Below, piece after piece: positions 1 through 11,680 of a stretch of 64,000 bases of DNA. The translations under genes and the position numbers were made by a program. Source of the stretch: Podarcis bocagei (lineage: Eukaryota); assembly GCA_964188305.1 (NCBI GenBank), contig OZ076889.1, one strand, 5' to 3'. Position 1 is the first letter of the stretch; each line of letters opens with the position of its first letter. The notes below the pieces were generated by a model that was not told the origin of the DNA, ran no database searches, and saw only the letters and a program-made list of their open reading frames with translations.

Positions 1-609
1 TTTTTTAAGCAGGCTGGCTTTGGACAATAGGAAAAAATTCAGGGCCACTGACCCTGCAAGGTTTGTGGCCTGTGCAGATATAAAACTAGAACTTATATCT
101 ATATGAACATGTGGAGTCTCCTGTGCTGATTCTCCCTTATCCAGTCTCAGAATTTCCTACCACCTGCTGTGTGCTGAAAATTTGTAGGATTTTGGGTGCC
201 GCATAATTTCAGGATTTTCAGAATATACTGTACTGGGAGGAATTCAAGGAAGCACTAAGCAGTTTGCTCCATCAGCAGAAGCATTTATGCTTGTCTAACT
301 GAACAATCTGCCCTCTCCTTCCCCCGCTCCACTCTGTTCCGGGGATTCCCCAACCCTCTCCATTGGCGGGGAGTCCTGTTGCACTATCAGAAGTCCTTGC
401 ATGAGCTTCCACTGTTGGTGGAATCCTACCCAAGCTTGTAAATGTACCTATTGCACATATCACTTTATCAAGAAATACATGTCTAGGAAATCACCATCTG
501 TCTCTTGCCTCCTGGTTGTGTTACTAGGTCCCAAAGGGACTATTTACTGAAAAGCAAGTTAAATTATAATTTAGGGTTCATGCTCAGCAGAACATTCATG
601 AGAACTTGC

Positions 610-687
610 CTGTGGTTGAAAGTCCACTGGTTCAAGGCCACGGCACTCAAACTCCACTATGGTCTTAAATGTCTCATTGTCCTCAGC
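610..687 (-). CDS. CZIB: CZIB exon 6
   Basis: tcctag|AEDNETFKTIVEFECRGLEPVDFQPQ|gcaagt (GC donor), 78 bp. Confidence 0.93.
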
Positions 688-2230
688 CTAGGATGAAGCC
701 AAAGTAACATCAGAGGAGTAAAAATTGGCAGAACACAAAATTTCCAAAGTTATCATATCCCATAAAGATACAAAATAATGCAATGATTCTAACACTAATA
801 AGTTACTCAGGAACGTTTGTTGGTCTCCATGAATAGTTTCAATCTCCCAGGAAAAGGAGAAAAGCCAACATTCAAGTGTTACTCAAAAAGGTAAAAGAAA
901 ATATACATTCTACCTTGAACACCGAAGCTCATTTTAAGCTACAGGCTGTAGCGAAATAATCAACAATCAAATATGTGTTGAATCAAGCATGCATTGAGTA
1001 GGACAAATTAATAAGAATAGGTTACATCTTCCTATCCAATGAATTTGAAATATCCTCAGAATGTAACACTACATTTCTGTAGGGTTCTGCATGCTCAAAT
1101 AATGCTTTCATGTAAAGCAGCACAAATATATCCCCTCTCTATCATAGAGTGGCAAAAATAAAAACATTTGGGAAGGTCCTGTGATTGAATCACCTACAAT
1201 GCAATTCCAGGCATAGCTACTCAAAAGTAAGTTCCAAGTTCAATGGAACTTATTTCCAGGCAAGTGTTTCTAGGATTGAAGACTAAATTAATTTGCCCAA
1301 TTGTCTTCCTCACACTGCAGAATTGTTCCGCATGTACAACTCTAAGGGGATCTCACTACACATGGAAAACAAGAACACATCCGCCACTCAGCTTTCCATG
1401 TGCAGACAGAGTATCAACACAATATGAATAATTAGTATCCATCATAATTTGCTTGGTTCTCTATAGGCTGAGCTCCAACAAAATTGTCAGGGAGGCTTAC
1501 AATGTGGAATCATAATGCAAAGATGAATGTATACCCATATGTAAATCCAGGTACTTGTGTTTATCTCCCATTTATAGTACTAGCCACATGCAGAGAGTCA
1601 TTCAAAACTGTGGCTGTGTGGATCAAGCCCAATAAGACCAGTATACCACATCCACAATAACAAAAATACAACAAAACTTACATTGTAAGGCTTCATTGTA
1701 TGACTTAAGATATCTGAAAGAAGTGGAAAATACATAGCAATGAAGCACATCTATGAAAGAACAGTGGAAATCACATTGTGTGCATCATTTCCTTTGGTAT
1801 CAACCAGTTTTGAAAACCAGGTGTCTCCACTTATAAATTCGGGAAAGGAGAAAAAGTAGATGACGTGTAGCTGTGCACTCCTAACCAAGTAAGTTCTACC
1901 GAATTCTGGAAAGCGAGTTTAAGACTGCAACCTGAGCCATCTACAGTGTGATCCTAATTCCCCCTCCTGCCAGTGAGGATGCCCACATACCCTTTAACTA
2001 TAGAAGTTTTTTTAGCTAGTAAAGCAGAGTGGAGGGGCTCCTCTGCTCAATCCACCACCACTTTCTAGCCCGGCATCGGGGGAGAGACAATTGGTTTGTT
2101 CTGTTGGCTCTCCCTTTCCAAGAATGGCAAGCTTCCTAAGGGAGGAAAAAAATGGCAACAGTTTGGCAGGATGCTTGTAAATCTTAGTGTAAATGGGAAA
2201 TAAAATCATTGGAATACACACACACGCGCG

Positions 2231-2266
<36 letters not shown>

Positions 2267-5200
2267 GTGGTAGCTTGGTTTAAGAACAGCTTAGTTTATG
2301 AACAACAATTAAGAAAGCTGCAAACCCATACGTAGTTGTTTCAGTTTGTGAACTTTGCCTTGGAAGCAGAACATGTTCTGCTTCCTGTTGAGTGTGTTCC
2401 ATTTGTAAATTGAGTCCCCCACTGCTATGGGAAAGCATGCCTTGGTTTAAGAACGCTTTGGTTTAGGAACGGACTTCCGGAACGGATTTAGTAAACCAAG
2501 GTACCACTGTATACACATAAAAACAAACAAATCCGCTTAGCTACTTCACATTTGGCCCATTCAAAAATAGAATGTGAAGAATACATGGGGGTAAAGGCTG
2601 CAATCCTATACATACTTACCTAGGAGCAAGCCCTATCAAACTCACTTCTGAGTAGACATATATAGAATTGCACAAAAAGACCTGCACTGGAACTAATGCT
2701 GAGCATTATTATGCCAAACAGTTAAGTCCTGTTTAGCTGTGCAGCACTTAGTCCCTTGGGCCTTGCAGTCATTTGCTGTTTATTGTCAGTTCCAATTACA
2801 CGCTCCTTCAGCATTTAACTGAGCGTTTACTATCTGTACTGCAAACATCACTGCTGGCATGCCCAGTGCCCCTTAACATGGCTGCCTGTCAGAACTAGGC
2901 AAACTTCATGGGACTTTAGCTTGTCAGGGTACAAAAAAAATGTGTGTGGATGGGAATGACACAAACTGGGTCTGGCTGTTTTCCACAGGCTGCACATGGT
3001 GTCCTTATGAGACAGCATTTCTTACCTACTTCCCCTTTGCCCCTTGGATGTCATACAATTGTGCCTGTAGCATGGCAATACTGCAATGTCTGTGAGAAAA
3101 TGATAACAATAGAAGTCCACTTGAAAGGGGGTGAGGAGCGAGGCAGAATAGAAGTGCATTCAAAAATAGGAACAAGGGAAGAATAGACAACTAGGCTCAA
3201 ATACAGCATAAAGCAAATGGAACCAGGAATGCTGGAGGCAGAGGCTGCATGGTAAGGATGATTTTAATAGTGACACTACACAACAAGTGAAAATCCTTAT
3301 AAGGTTAGCCAAAATGGAATGCCACTTGTTCTAGCTTGGAATAAAGCTTGGAAAGATCCCAAATAGTCCCTGGCTTTGGGGGAATATTATCCCCCCCCAA
3401 TTGTATTTTCTTAGAAGATATCCCTCAAATTTAGTATATTCTGCCCTCCATTTTGAAAATCTAACTGGGTCCCACAGCCTGCAGAGAATCAAGTTTTCGG
3501 CTTCTTTGTGCCTTTGGCATGGAGGTGCATGAATAGGCTTACCTATGGAGTTTTCTCGGGAGCACAGTTTGCATTTCTGCACCATTGTGGCGCTTCCCCT
3601 GCCTCCTTTGAGAGGGTGGCTGTCCTAAAAAAAATGTCAAAGGGGGGCATCAAGATCAAGGCATTCACAGTTTAGAGAAGAGACATCAGGAAACAAAGTT
3701 ATTTTCCCCAGCAATAATGGCTAATCCTAATGCTGTAAAGTGTTGGCTAAGGCTGATGGAACTGTAGTCTAAAACATCTGCAATTACCTCAGAAAATGCC
3801 TAAAAAATAACCCATTGATGTTTGTTTGTTTGTTTGAACTCCAGTCCACCTTGTACATATAACAAAAGTGCATTTCCCTGTGTGTTGGAGGGGATGTTAA
3901 GCTTCCACATGGATGCAGTTAATTTGCAAGAGATTTTTTGAACATATAAGCTATGGGATATATAGAATGCTGTGCCAGTTGGTTTCCACAGCAACAGCTG
4001 GATTTCTATTTCCCCTCATCCTCGTGTGCTCCAAAGATCTACTCTGGAGCAGACTGAAGCTGGAGGGGCAAGAAAGGAAGAGAAAGCTCTGTTGCACACA
4101 TGCAAATCTATTGCTATAGCAGAGCTGTAGTGTTACAAACCATCTTATATAAATGGCTAACAATTATACATTTTTTGTATTTATGAAGATCACACCTCCC
4201 AAGGGCTCCTTCTAGATTCAGGCTGAATCTGTTTGTTCAGACTTGTTGATTTGCCACCGAGGAAGATTTATATATAATCAGTTTTCCAGAAGTAACTTCC
4301 AGCATCATTTGAGTCAAATATAGATCTGTGTATGTCACACAGACAACAAACAGATAAATTAGCATGCTTGTGTTGTAGTTCTGAGACCTACCATTAATCG
4401 CAGATATTGCCATTTTTCTGAAACCTCAGCACAGTTTCCACACTTCAACTGAAAAAGAAAAGAAAACCAGATGCAAACAATGAGGCACTTAGTGGGGTCA
4501 ACAGCAGAACAGGTAAACAAAAAATAATGATGTTAAGATTCAAAAACAAAGGTATGCAATGGACACGAATCGCATAAGTAGCACTCCCATGAAAAAGAAG
4601 ACCACAACAACTTAAACCAACAACTTTCATATGGTCGGAAATTAGCCCCAGATATAGCACAAAAGCAGTCTCACAGATTTGAGAGGCTTCCTAGAATGAA
4701 TTATAGAAGGGAAATGTGCTATTGTGGGGCACAAGCACCGAATTTCCACCCTTACATTGCAGAAACGACATACAACTGCATTTGCTGCAGCCTAAGTTGG
4801 TCCAAACCTGTTAGTGTGCACTTTCACTATAATCATGACTACAATATTTATATATCAGACCACACAATCATAGGTATGATTATCCAGAAACAAGTCCCAT
4901 TGAGTTTCCAACAGTAAGTGCGCAGGACCCATAGGTGTGGTGGGGTAGCATGAGAGTGCATTGCTTGCATATTCATTTGAAAGCATGCCAGTTGCCAACT
5001 GCATGGCAGAAATGCTAACAAAGAGCAATAAGATGGCAAAAAAGAACCAGTGAGATGAACATAGTACACAATGCAATGGTGACAAATTTTAGGAAAAAAA
5101 TGTCTATAGCAGTAACTGTAGTGTTGGGGCTCAAGACAAGCTACGAAACAATATCCACTGATTTAATGAAATGATTCCTAATCCCAGATGTATGGGATAT

Positions 5201-5703
5201 TGGTTGTGGTTAATGAGGAGAGAAAGGCACTCTGCGGAGACTTACAATGTACCAAGAACCAACAAATCCCACTAACTGACGGCTTAAGTCATGTAATAAC
5301 ATTTCCTGCCACTTTTAACACTGCTAAATTTAATGCGGTTTTAATGCTTCAGTATAAACGAAGAAGAAATCCTTCGGCCAGTAAACAACATCGACGTGCA
5401 CGTTAATAGCAATAGAGGAAAAATTGTCATTGCAAACTAAGTGCATGGAGCGTTTGTGTGTGTGTGTGTGTGTGTAGCGTGCACAGGTAACAGCCGTCGA
5501 AGGCCCTACCTTTAGATACCATCGGAAATCCTCCCCCACCGGCCTGAGATTTGTAATATTTTCCAGAGTGGCTTTGAGCTGCAGCCCGATCTTCTGCAAA
5601 GAGAAGTCACCGTGTCAGCTCATGTACTCGAGGCATTCCCAGCCCCAGCCCCAGCCCCAACTCACGTCGTCTTTGCACAGGTGAAGCTTTCGCTTACCCC
5701 CAT
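610..5703 (-). CDS. CZIB: CXXC motif containing zinc binding protein (C1orf123), exons 1-6, 3'-partial
   Basis: Coding exons 5698-5703, 5510-5593, 4392-4448, 3543-3624, 1682-1713, 610-687 join in frame to MGKIGLQLKATLENITNLRPVGEDFRWYLKLKCGNCAEVSEKWQYLRLMDSHPLKGGRGSATMVQKCKLCSRENSIDILSHTMKPYNAEDNETFKTIVEFECRGLEPVDFQPQ, with two CXXC motifs; matches human CZIB as recalled; syntenic with MAGOH and LRP8. Remaining exons not found in 1-609. Confidence 0.96.
1682..1713 (-). CDS. CZIB: CZIB exon 5
   Basis: tttcag|(D)ILSHTMKPYN|gtaagt, 32 bp, phase 1 to 0. Confidence 0.93.
2216..2266. repeat. (CA)n(CG)n(CA)n alternating purine-pyrimidine microsatellite
   Basis: Direct reading. Confidence 0.95.
2265..2509 (-). 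mobile_element. Tc1/mariner-type MITE (CAGTGGTACC TIR)
   Basis: CAGTGGTAGCTTGGTTT...AAACCAAGGTACCACTG followed by TA; left TA replaced by (CA)n. Confidence 0.85.
3543..3624 (-). CDS. CZIB: CZIB exon 4 (second CXXC)
   Basis: ttttag|DSHPLKGGRGSATMVQKCKLCSRENSI+G|gtaagc, 82 bp. Confidence 0.95.
4392..4448 (-). CDS. CZIB: CZIB exon 3 (first CXXC)
   Basis: tttcag|LKCGNCAEVSEKWQYLRLM|gtaggt, 57 bp. Confidence 0.95.
5510..5593 (-). CDS. CZIB: CZIB exon 2
   Basis: ttgcag|KIGLQLKATLENITNLRPVGEDFRWYLK|gtaggg, 84 bp. Confidence 0.95.
5698..5703 (-). CDS. CZIB: CZIB coding exon 1 (MG)
   Basis: gaagccATGGGG|gtaagc: strong Kozak context and GT donor next to a CpG-rich promoter. Confidence 0.88.
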
Positions 5704-5990
5704 GGCTTCAGGTGGCCAGAGGAAAGCCTCGGAGGCGAGCGAGCCTGCTTTCCTTCCCAAACACGGGCACTTGCAGGATCACACGGGAGCTGCGGGGGCT
5801 TTGCAGAGACCCAGCGTCTCTCAGAGGGCGGGGCCGCTGTAAATCAAGCCTCGCGAGACTTGATAGCTTGCCGTTTTCTTGCGCCTCCCGTCTTGCCCCG
5901 CCCTATTTGCCTGTAAGCGGCGCCGAAGCCGGAACTTGCCCTTACTCAAGATGGTTGCCTCTCAGCTAAACTAGATAGTCGATCCATTAG
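5704..5990 (-). promoter_or_regulatory. CZIB CpG-rich 5' leader/promoter
   Basis: CpG-dense; GC box GGGCGGGG 5826-5833; BANP-type TCTCGCGAGG on minus at 5849-5858; ETS-like CCGGAAC ~5929; YY1-like CAAGATGG ~5947. Confidence 0.75.
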
Positions 5991-6789
5991 CCAGCCTATC
6001 CTGAGGAGGCGTCCAGGGAACAAGGATGAGGTGCTTGAGATTTAATACTGCGTGAGGTGGATTACATGCCAGCGATAGCCACCCAGAGTTTAAAGAGGAA
6101 AATGCCTCTTGTTTTAAAAGCACTTGCCTACACACCACCCACCACTGAACCCAATGTCTTTTGACTATAGCGATTCTGGCTTTAGGCGCTATCTTCGGAC
6201 AGTAATCCCAGCATAAATTGAGTGTCACCTGTAGTTACATTTGCAGCACTTTTTATTTTTTGTAAAACAACCCTCACCCTGCAGTCCATTTCCCTGTAAG
6301 ATTCAAGTCTTGTTTTTACTTTTGCATTTTTTGAGGTGGAGGGTGGATGTGCATTCTTATCAAAGAATAAAAAAACCTAGAAAATAGTCTGCAAATGAGT
6401 GAATACTTTTTGATGTTTTATAATCTACACAAACTTTAGCAGTGTTCCTGATAAATTATTGGTTTGCTTTACCAAGTGGTTGCATAGCGCTACAACTCTT
6501 AGGCATACTTGCTTTCTCAATTAGGCTTTTTTTTTTTTTACAGCAACATACTAACGATTCAGGATATTAGGATTTAGCCAGTTATGATAAAAGATTTCCA
6601 GCTTAAAATACTGTAGACCTAGCTACCCTGCTCGTACAGAAAATCACACTCTCCTTTCCTAGCCCTTCAGATATAATAGTCTCTGAAAAAGTGCATTCCC
6701 CAGCTAGTGGTGCCATTGCAATGAGTACAATGTGGGCAGAAGTGTTGCAGACATGTTTTGCATGGTGTACAGTATCCCCCGAGTCCCAC

Positions 6790-7170
6790 TTCCCTAACAA
6801 TACTTGTACCATTTTTGTTAGTTTCGAAAGGGAGAGGGTGCTTTTTAAAACATAGGTAACACAGTCCAAGTGCACTTGCACCCAAGGCTGGTACAGCCGT
6901 TTTATTTTCAGTCTTCCTGCTAATGATTCCTATCACAGTATTCACCTTTTTCACAGCTGCTGTATGTACACTGGGTTGACATCTTTGAGATATCCACTAC
7001 AATTACAAGGTCTTGTTCCTGGTCAGAAACCACCACTTCAGAGTCCATGGGCATATATGCAAAATCATTTCTTTTGCCCCAGTGTGTAACACTTGCTTAC
7101 ACTGAATTGCACTTGCCATTTAACTGTCCATTTGACAAATTTGGAGAGATTCTTCTGGAGCTCTCTGCAA
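6790..7170 (-). mobile_element. CR1 LINE RT fragment
   Basis: Minus: VKKVNTVIGIISRKTENK...HLDCV..FKK; typical CR1 ORF2 C-terminal region, degraded. Confidence 0.65.
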
Positions 7171-7725
7171 CCCCTTATTTTTTTAACCATCCTGATACCA
7201 AAGCAATCTGGTTTCAGCAGCAAAATTGACGACTTCACTGGTCATCGCTCCTGTTATGTATCAGACAAGTTTCTTATCTATTTTCCTTTGGCACCTAAGA
7301 AACACCTTCTTTCAACAATCTTTTATTGGAGATTGTTATCCAATCCCTGCAAATTTCTTCTTTTTTCACTTTTCTGGAACTCTGGAGAAGGGATTCTACT
7401 CTCAGCTGTAATGTTTCAAAGCAAGTAGACACATTCATTGCAATGTATGAAACAGCTCTTCCATGTATTAATAGTGTTGGCATCCGAGAATGAGCCTCAA
7501 TACTGCACAGGAATATCAAATATCTAATCCTCATTAAAACCTCACTAAAAAGGGATAGATTAACAGATACTTAAAAATGTCCATTGTTGTGTTGCTGACC
7601 CTCCTCTTCCCTTCCCAGCAGAAATTAAGCCAACCATACTTTAAAAAAAATCTTAATGCTTTCCCCAAAGTTTAGTCTTGATAACAAACACATTTTAAAT
7701 AAAAAGGAAAAAAAGCTTTTTAGCA

Positions 7726-7731
7726 TTTATT
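7726..7731 (-). terminator. MAGOH polyadenylation signal AATAAA
   Basis: TTTATT on plus about 110 nt past the stop, followed on minus by U/GU-rich sequence. Confidence 0.75.
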
Positions 7732-7839
7732 AAATTCACTCTGTAAAAAATCTGACACACATAAAACCAATGAGAGATAAGGAATGGAAAGTGACCCCAC
7801 CGAAAGAAACTTTACAGTACAAATTTAAATCCATACAAT

Positions 7840-7939
7840 TTAAATTGGCTTAATCTTGAAGTGTAATCCAATGAGACTGAAGACGAGACACTTGAGGTCC
7901 TGGACAAGGTAGTAAAACACTCTTAGACCTTCTGGGTCC
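7840..7939 (-). CDS. MAGOH: MAGOH exon 5 with stop
   Basis: cttcag|(K)[10 protein letters not shown]...KIKPI TAA (7840-7842). Confidence 0.97.
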
Positions 7940-8847
7940 CTGAAGTGCAAAAGGAAAAACAAACAGAAATAAAATATTTTTAAAATATTATGTGACCAAT
8001 TCATAATCATACTGTTTCAGGAACTCAGTATGAGAATCTCCTAGTCACTTATCAAAATTGAAGCATCTTTTGGTTGTACAGTGGTAACTAGGTTTGCAAA
8101 CTTAATCCGTTCTGGAAGTCCATTCTTACACTGAGGTGTGCTTTCCCTAATGAGGCCTCCCACCGCCAATGCCCTTCCACCGTTCGGCTTCTGTTCTTAG
8201 ACCAAGGTAAAGTTTGCAAACCGGGACACTACTTCCAGTTTTGCAGAGTTCGTAAACTGAATAGTTCGTAAACAGAGGTGTTCTTAAACCACTGTACTGC
8301 AAGATTTCTTTGGCTGGCTTTTAGCAGCTGGGGATAAACCAGATGGCTTTAGTAGGGCGCTTATGAAAGGTTTTGTTTGTCCTCAGGGTAGAATGAGTTA
8401 AATGAGTGAGCAAATAATGCAATGCCAAAGCTGAGACAAATTCTACATGCTGTTCTTCAGGTTTGCTAAATTATTATTACTTAAAATCAGTGTAATAACT
8501 GTATTTCCAGCTTGGCCACAAATACATGGTACAGCATTTATAGAGGCATCTTAAGCAAGACAACTGGACAGAGCTGCACTGCTTCTGCCTCACCTTCTTC
8601 CCAATCCGCTAACAAAACTAGCTTAGTGAATAGTCTTCAAAAAGAGCACTACAACGGTTGTAGCGGCTGGTCAAAGAGCACTTACTTGGACTGATTTACA
8701 TCAATAAGAGAACCAATTTTTGATGTGGTAAAAGAGATGTGTTCATCACCAATTACAATTTCAAGCTCCTGGAAAAATAAATAAATAAATAATTTCAGAG
8801 CAGTGTTTGAAGATCAATAATAAAATGACCATTTCACACCTACCCAG

Positions 8848-8923
<76 letters not shown>

Positions 8924-10578
8924 TATGGATGCCTCGTTCCCACCACCAATAACTTTTTCCCAGATGTCTTTCAAGATCTACTCCAACAAGATATTCTGTT
9001 CACTAGCAACAGATATAAGATTTCTACCCATCTGTTTACAGATATAGCAGCTGCATGTGTAAACATTAACTTCTGTACACCTGTCAACTTAAAATATTTA
9101 TATGGGAAGCCATGAATTTGCTAACCTGCCGGCCAACTCTGTCAGGAGGCGGCCATAATGCATCATCTTCTTTCGTGATTTCACTGTCATCGATTATCCT
9201 CTTTAACTCTTCCATCACACTTTTGTGTACGTAGGCCTAGAGCAGCATGTAAATAGTAGCATTTTAACTTTAAAATAAAGTCTAGTACAGAAATAAGTGT
9301 GTGGCATTTGCTCACTAACTTCTTGTTGAAGAATGTGTATTAATTTATTTTGATCAACAACTAAGTACATGTTTTGCTATCCACTGGAATGAGCTCAGCA
9401 TATATTGGGCAAAGCATCTGCAAACAAATTTATAGAGTGAATACTAGATGTAACTTTTGAGATACAGACATAGATTATTTATGACATTTTTTGAAGTTTG
9501 CAGATTTTTACTATCCAAATACATACACTTAAGATGTGTGAAGATATGTATAGAAACAAAAAGCTAAATTCTATTAGCTACAACTAAATATTTTGAGTCC
9601 AAGTTTCAATAATACAGCTAAAAGGGGAACATTAGATATGTAGTAAAAGACAGTAATAGGCAAATTTAATGGCTTGCATTGGATGCACAGTTATATAAAC
9701 TCAAGACATCCACTGGTCACTCTAAATCACAAAAATACAATTAAAATACACCTGCTTAATTTGTTTTTATTAACTAAATTAATAAAAATTAAATAAAATA
9801 TGCATTAATTAGATTTTAACACTTATATTTTATCTTACATTTATATTTTAATTTGTGTTGTGAGGTACCCAGAGAACTCACACTGTAGGACACAAAAATT
9901 CTATAAATTATTTAAACACAGTCAACTTACTTCTTTTCTGATCATGACATCATTTTTATAATTGCTGTTGTTTGCATATCTCAGCTTCCCTGTTGAAAGA
10001 GATAATATGACATTCAACACTACACTACACTACACTACACTACACTACACAAAGCAGCAAAGCAATACAGAACTTGGGCTTAATTTAATTCACATTTTCC
10101 CCTTTAACTCGTGTCTGCAAAGTCTTGAAGGGGCTAAAGAAGGCAATGGGTTGAAAGTCAGGCCAGGGAGATAACTGTTGCCCAGTGACTTAAAAACACC
10201 TGGTTTCTGCGCCCCTTTCTGTTCAGCATCCACACATCCATACACCCTAGATACAAGCAAGTTCTGCAGGCTCACAAAGACCATTACTCGCAAGTAGAGT
10301 TTGCTCCCTGCAAAGGGAAGTGTTCTGGACCACTTTAAAGAGTGATTTGCTCCCTCCTCAGTCAACTAACAGGGAAGGGGTGGGGGTGTACGATCAGCTT
10401 TTCAGTGCCTTCTCAGCAGAGAGGATGCTTTTCTCTCCAATTTCCCTCTCCCTTGATCCTCTCACCATAAACTCTCAAAAGGATCTTATTCTAGCACTCC
10501 TGCACCGGCAGGAAAAGACAGCTCTCGAAAACCCTCTGTCAAAAACTGTAACTTACTTTACCCCACTGAGGGTTTCAC

Positions 10579-10622
<44 letters not shown>

Positions 10623-11347
10623 TTATTTATTTATGTCTCTCCCATCTGGCTGGGCTTCCCCAGCTGCTCTGGGCAGCTTCCAACAAAATATTAAAATACA
10701 GTAATGCATCAAACATTAAAAGCTTCCCTAAACAGGGCTGCCTTCAGATGTCTTCTAGAAGTCTGGTAGTTGTTTTTCCTTTGACATCTGGTGGGAGGGC
10801 ATTCCACAGGAAGGGCGCCACTACCGAGAAGGCCCTCTGCCTGGTTCCCTGTAGCTTTGCTTCTCGCAATGAGGGAACCGCCAGAAGGCCCTCGGCGCTG
10901 GACCTCAGCGTCCGGGCAGAACGATGGGGGTGGAGACGCTCCTTCAGGTATACTGGACCGAGGCCAGCCTGCCACTAACCAACCCCTCTTGTTACTGAAA
11001 TGCTGGTCTCCCCAGGAGCCACCTTCCTCTCTTCGGCTAACTTTTCCCGGACCCCATTTCCTTTAATCAACGAGCAATACCCCCTTCTCGCCTCCCTCCA
11101 CGCCAACCACCCCCCTGGGGGTCTCTTCTCCCTCCTCAGGCGACAGGCCCCTTCGTCCCTCCCAGGTGCAAGGGGCTCCCTCGCTCCTCCGTCCCGCCAG
11201 GCCTCGTATCCCGGGGAGCTCCTCTCTCGCCTTCCCCAAGCGGAAACCCTGAGCCTCACCGTCAGGGCGGAACTCGAACTCGAGAAACTCGTGGCCGAAC
11301 TTGCCCTTGTGCCCAACGTAATAACGCAGATAGAAGTCGCTCGCCAT
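7840..11347 (-). CDS. MAGOH: Protein mago nashi homolog (exon junction complex core), complete, 146 aa
   Basis: Exons 11260-11347 (88), 9931-9989 (59), 9126-9236 (111), 8686-8768 (83), 7840-7939 (100) total 441 nt, all GT-AG. Translation [146 protein letters not shown]. Confidence 0.99.
8079..8294 (+). mobile_element. Tc1/mariner-type MITE
   Basis: TA|CAGTGGTAACTAGGTTT...AAACCACTG|TA; shares AATCCGTTC(C/T)GGAAGTCC with the 2265 copy. Confidence 0.8.
8686..8768 (-). CDS. MAGOH: MAGOH exon 4
   Basis: ttccag|[10 protein letters not shown]...VNQS+AA|gtaagt. Confidence 0.97.
8849..8922. repeat. Compound (CA)n(GA)n microsatellite in MAGOH intron 3
   Basis: Direct reading. Confidence 0.95.
9126..9236 (-). 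CDS. MAGOH: MAGOH exon 3
   Basis: ctctag|AYVHKSV...DRVGRQ|gttagc. Confidence 0.97.
9931..9989 (-). CDS. MAGOH: MAGOH exon 2
   Basis: caacag|(G)[19 protein letters not shown]|gtaagt. Confidence 0.97.
10017..10050. repeat. (ACACT)n pentanucleotide repeat
   Basis: Direct reading; about 27 nt upstream of the MAGOH exon 2 acceptor. Confidence 0.95.
10579..10965 (-). mobile_element. L2-clade LINE 3' fragment with (TTA)n tail in MAGOH intron 1
   Basis: Reverse complement closely matches ~47520-47880; (AAT)n tail 10579-10622. Confidence 0.88.
11260..11347 (-). CDS. MAGOH: MAGOH coding exon 1
   Basis: [10 protein letters not shown]...FRPD+G|gtgagg. Confidence 0.97.
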
Positions 11348-11680
11348 AGCCGCATATGCCCCACCGGCCCGCCGAGACACCAGCATGCACCGCGCACGGG
11401 AAGCTCCGTGCAAGCGAGCGCGGGAAATGTGCGTCACCGAAGGGCAGGGTTGCGCAGGCGCACACGGAGGAATCAAGGTTTTGCTTGTCGCGGGCCTCAC
11501 CGCGCAGTTCAAAGACCATAGAGATAGAAGAGTTATAGAGTCAAACGCCATCTCCGTCAATATCTATGTTCACTTCCGACTTTAAATGCCCTGCTTTAAC
11601 TTCCAATGCGAAGTGCAAAGGGCTTTCGCCATAGTGATGACGAGGGTCAAGTAGAGCGGAGCCACTAGACCCAGGCCGAT
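11348..11680 (-). promoter_or_regulatory. MAGOH CpG-island promoter/5' leader
   Basis: CpG-dense; NRF1 motif TGCGCAGGCGCA 11451-11462; YY1-like AGATGGCG on minus ~11546-11553; ETS CGGAAGTG on minus 11571-11578. Confidence 0.8.

Noticed and set aside
11000-11560. Long ORFs on both strands over MAGOH exon 1 (173 aa +, 165 aa -, 140 aa -)
   Set aside because: GC-rich CpG island with few stops; only the 88-nt MAGOH segment is recognisable coding sequence
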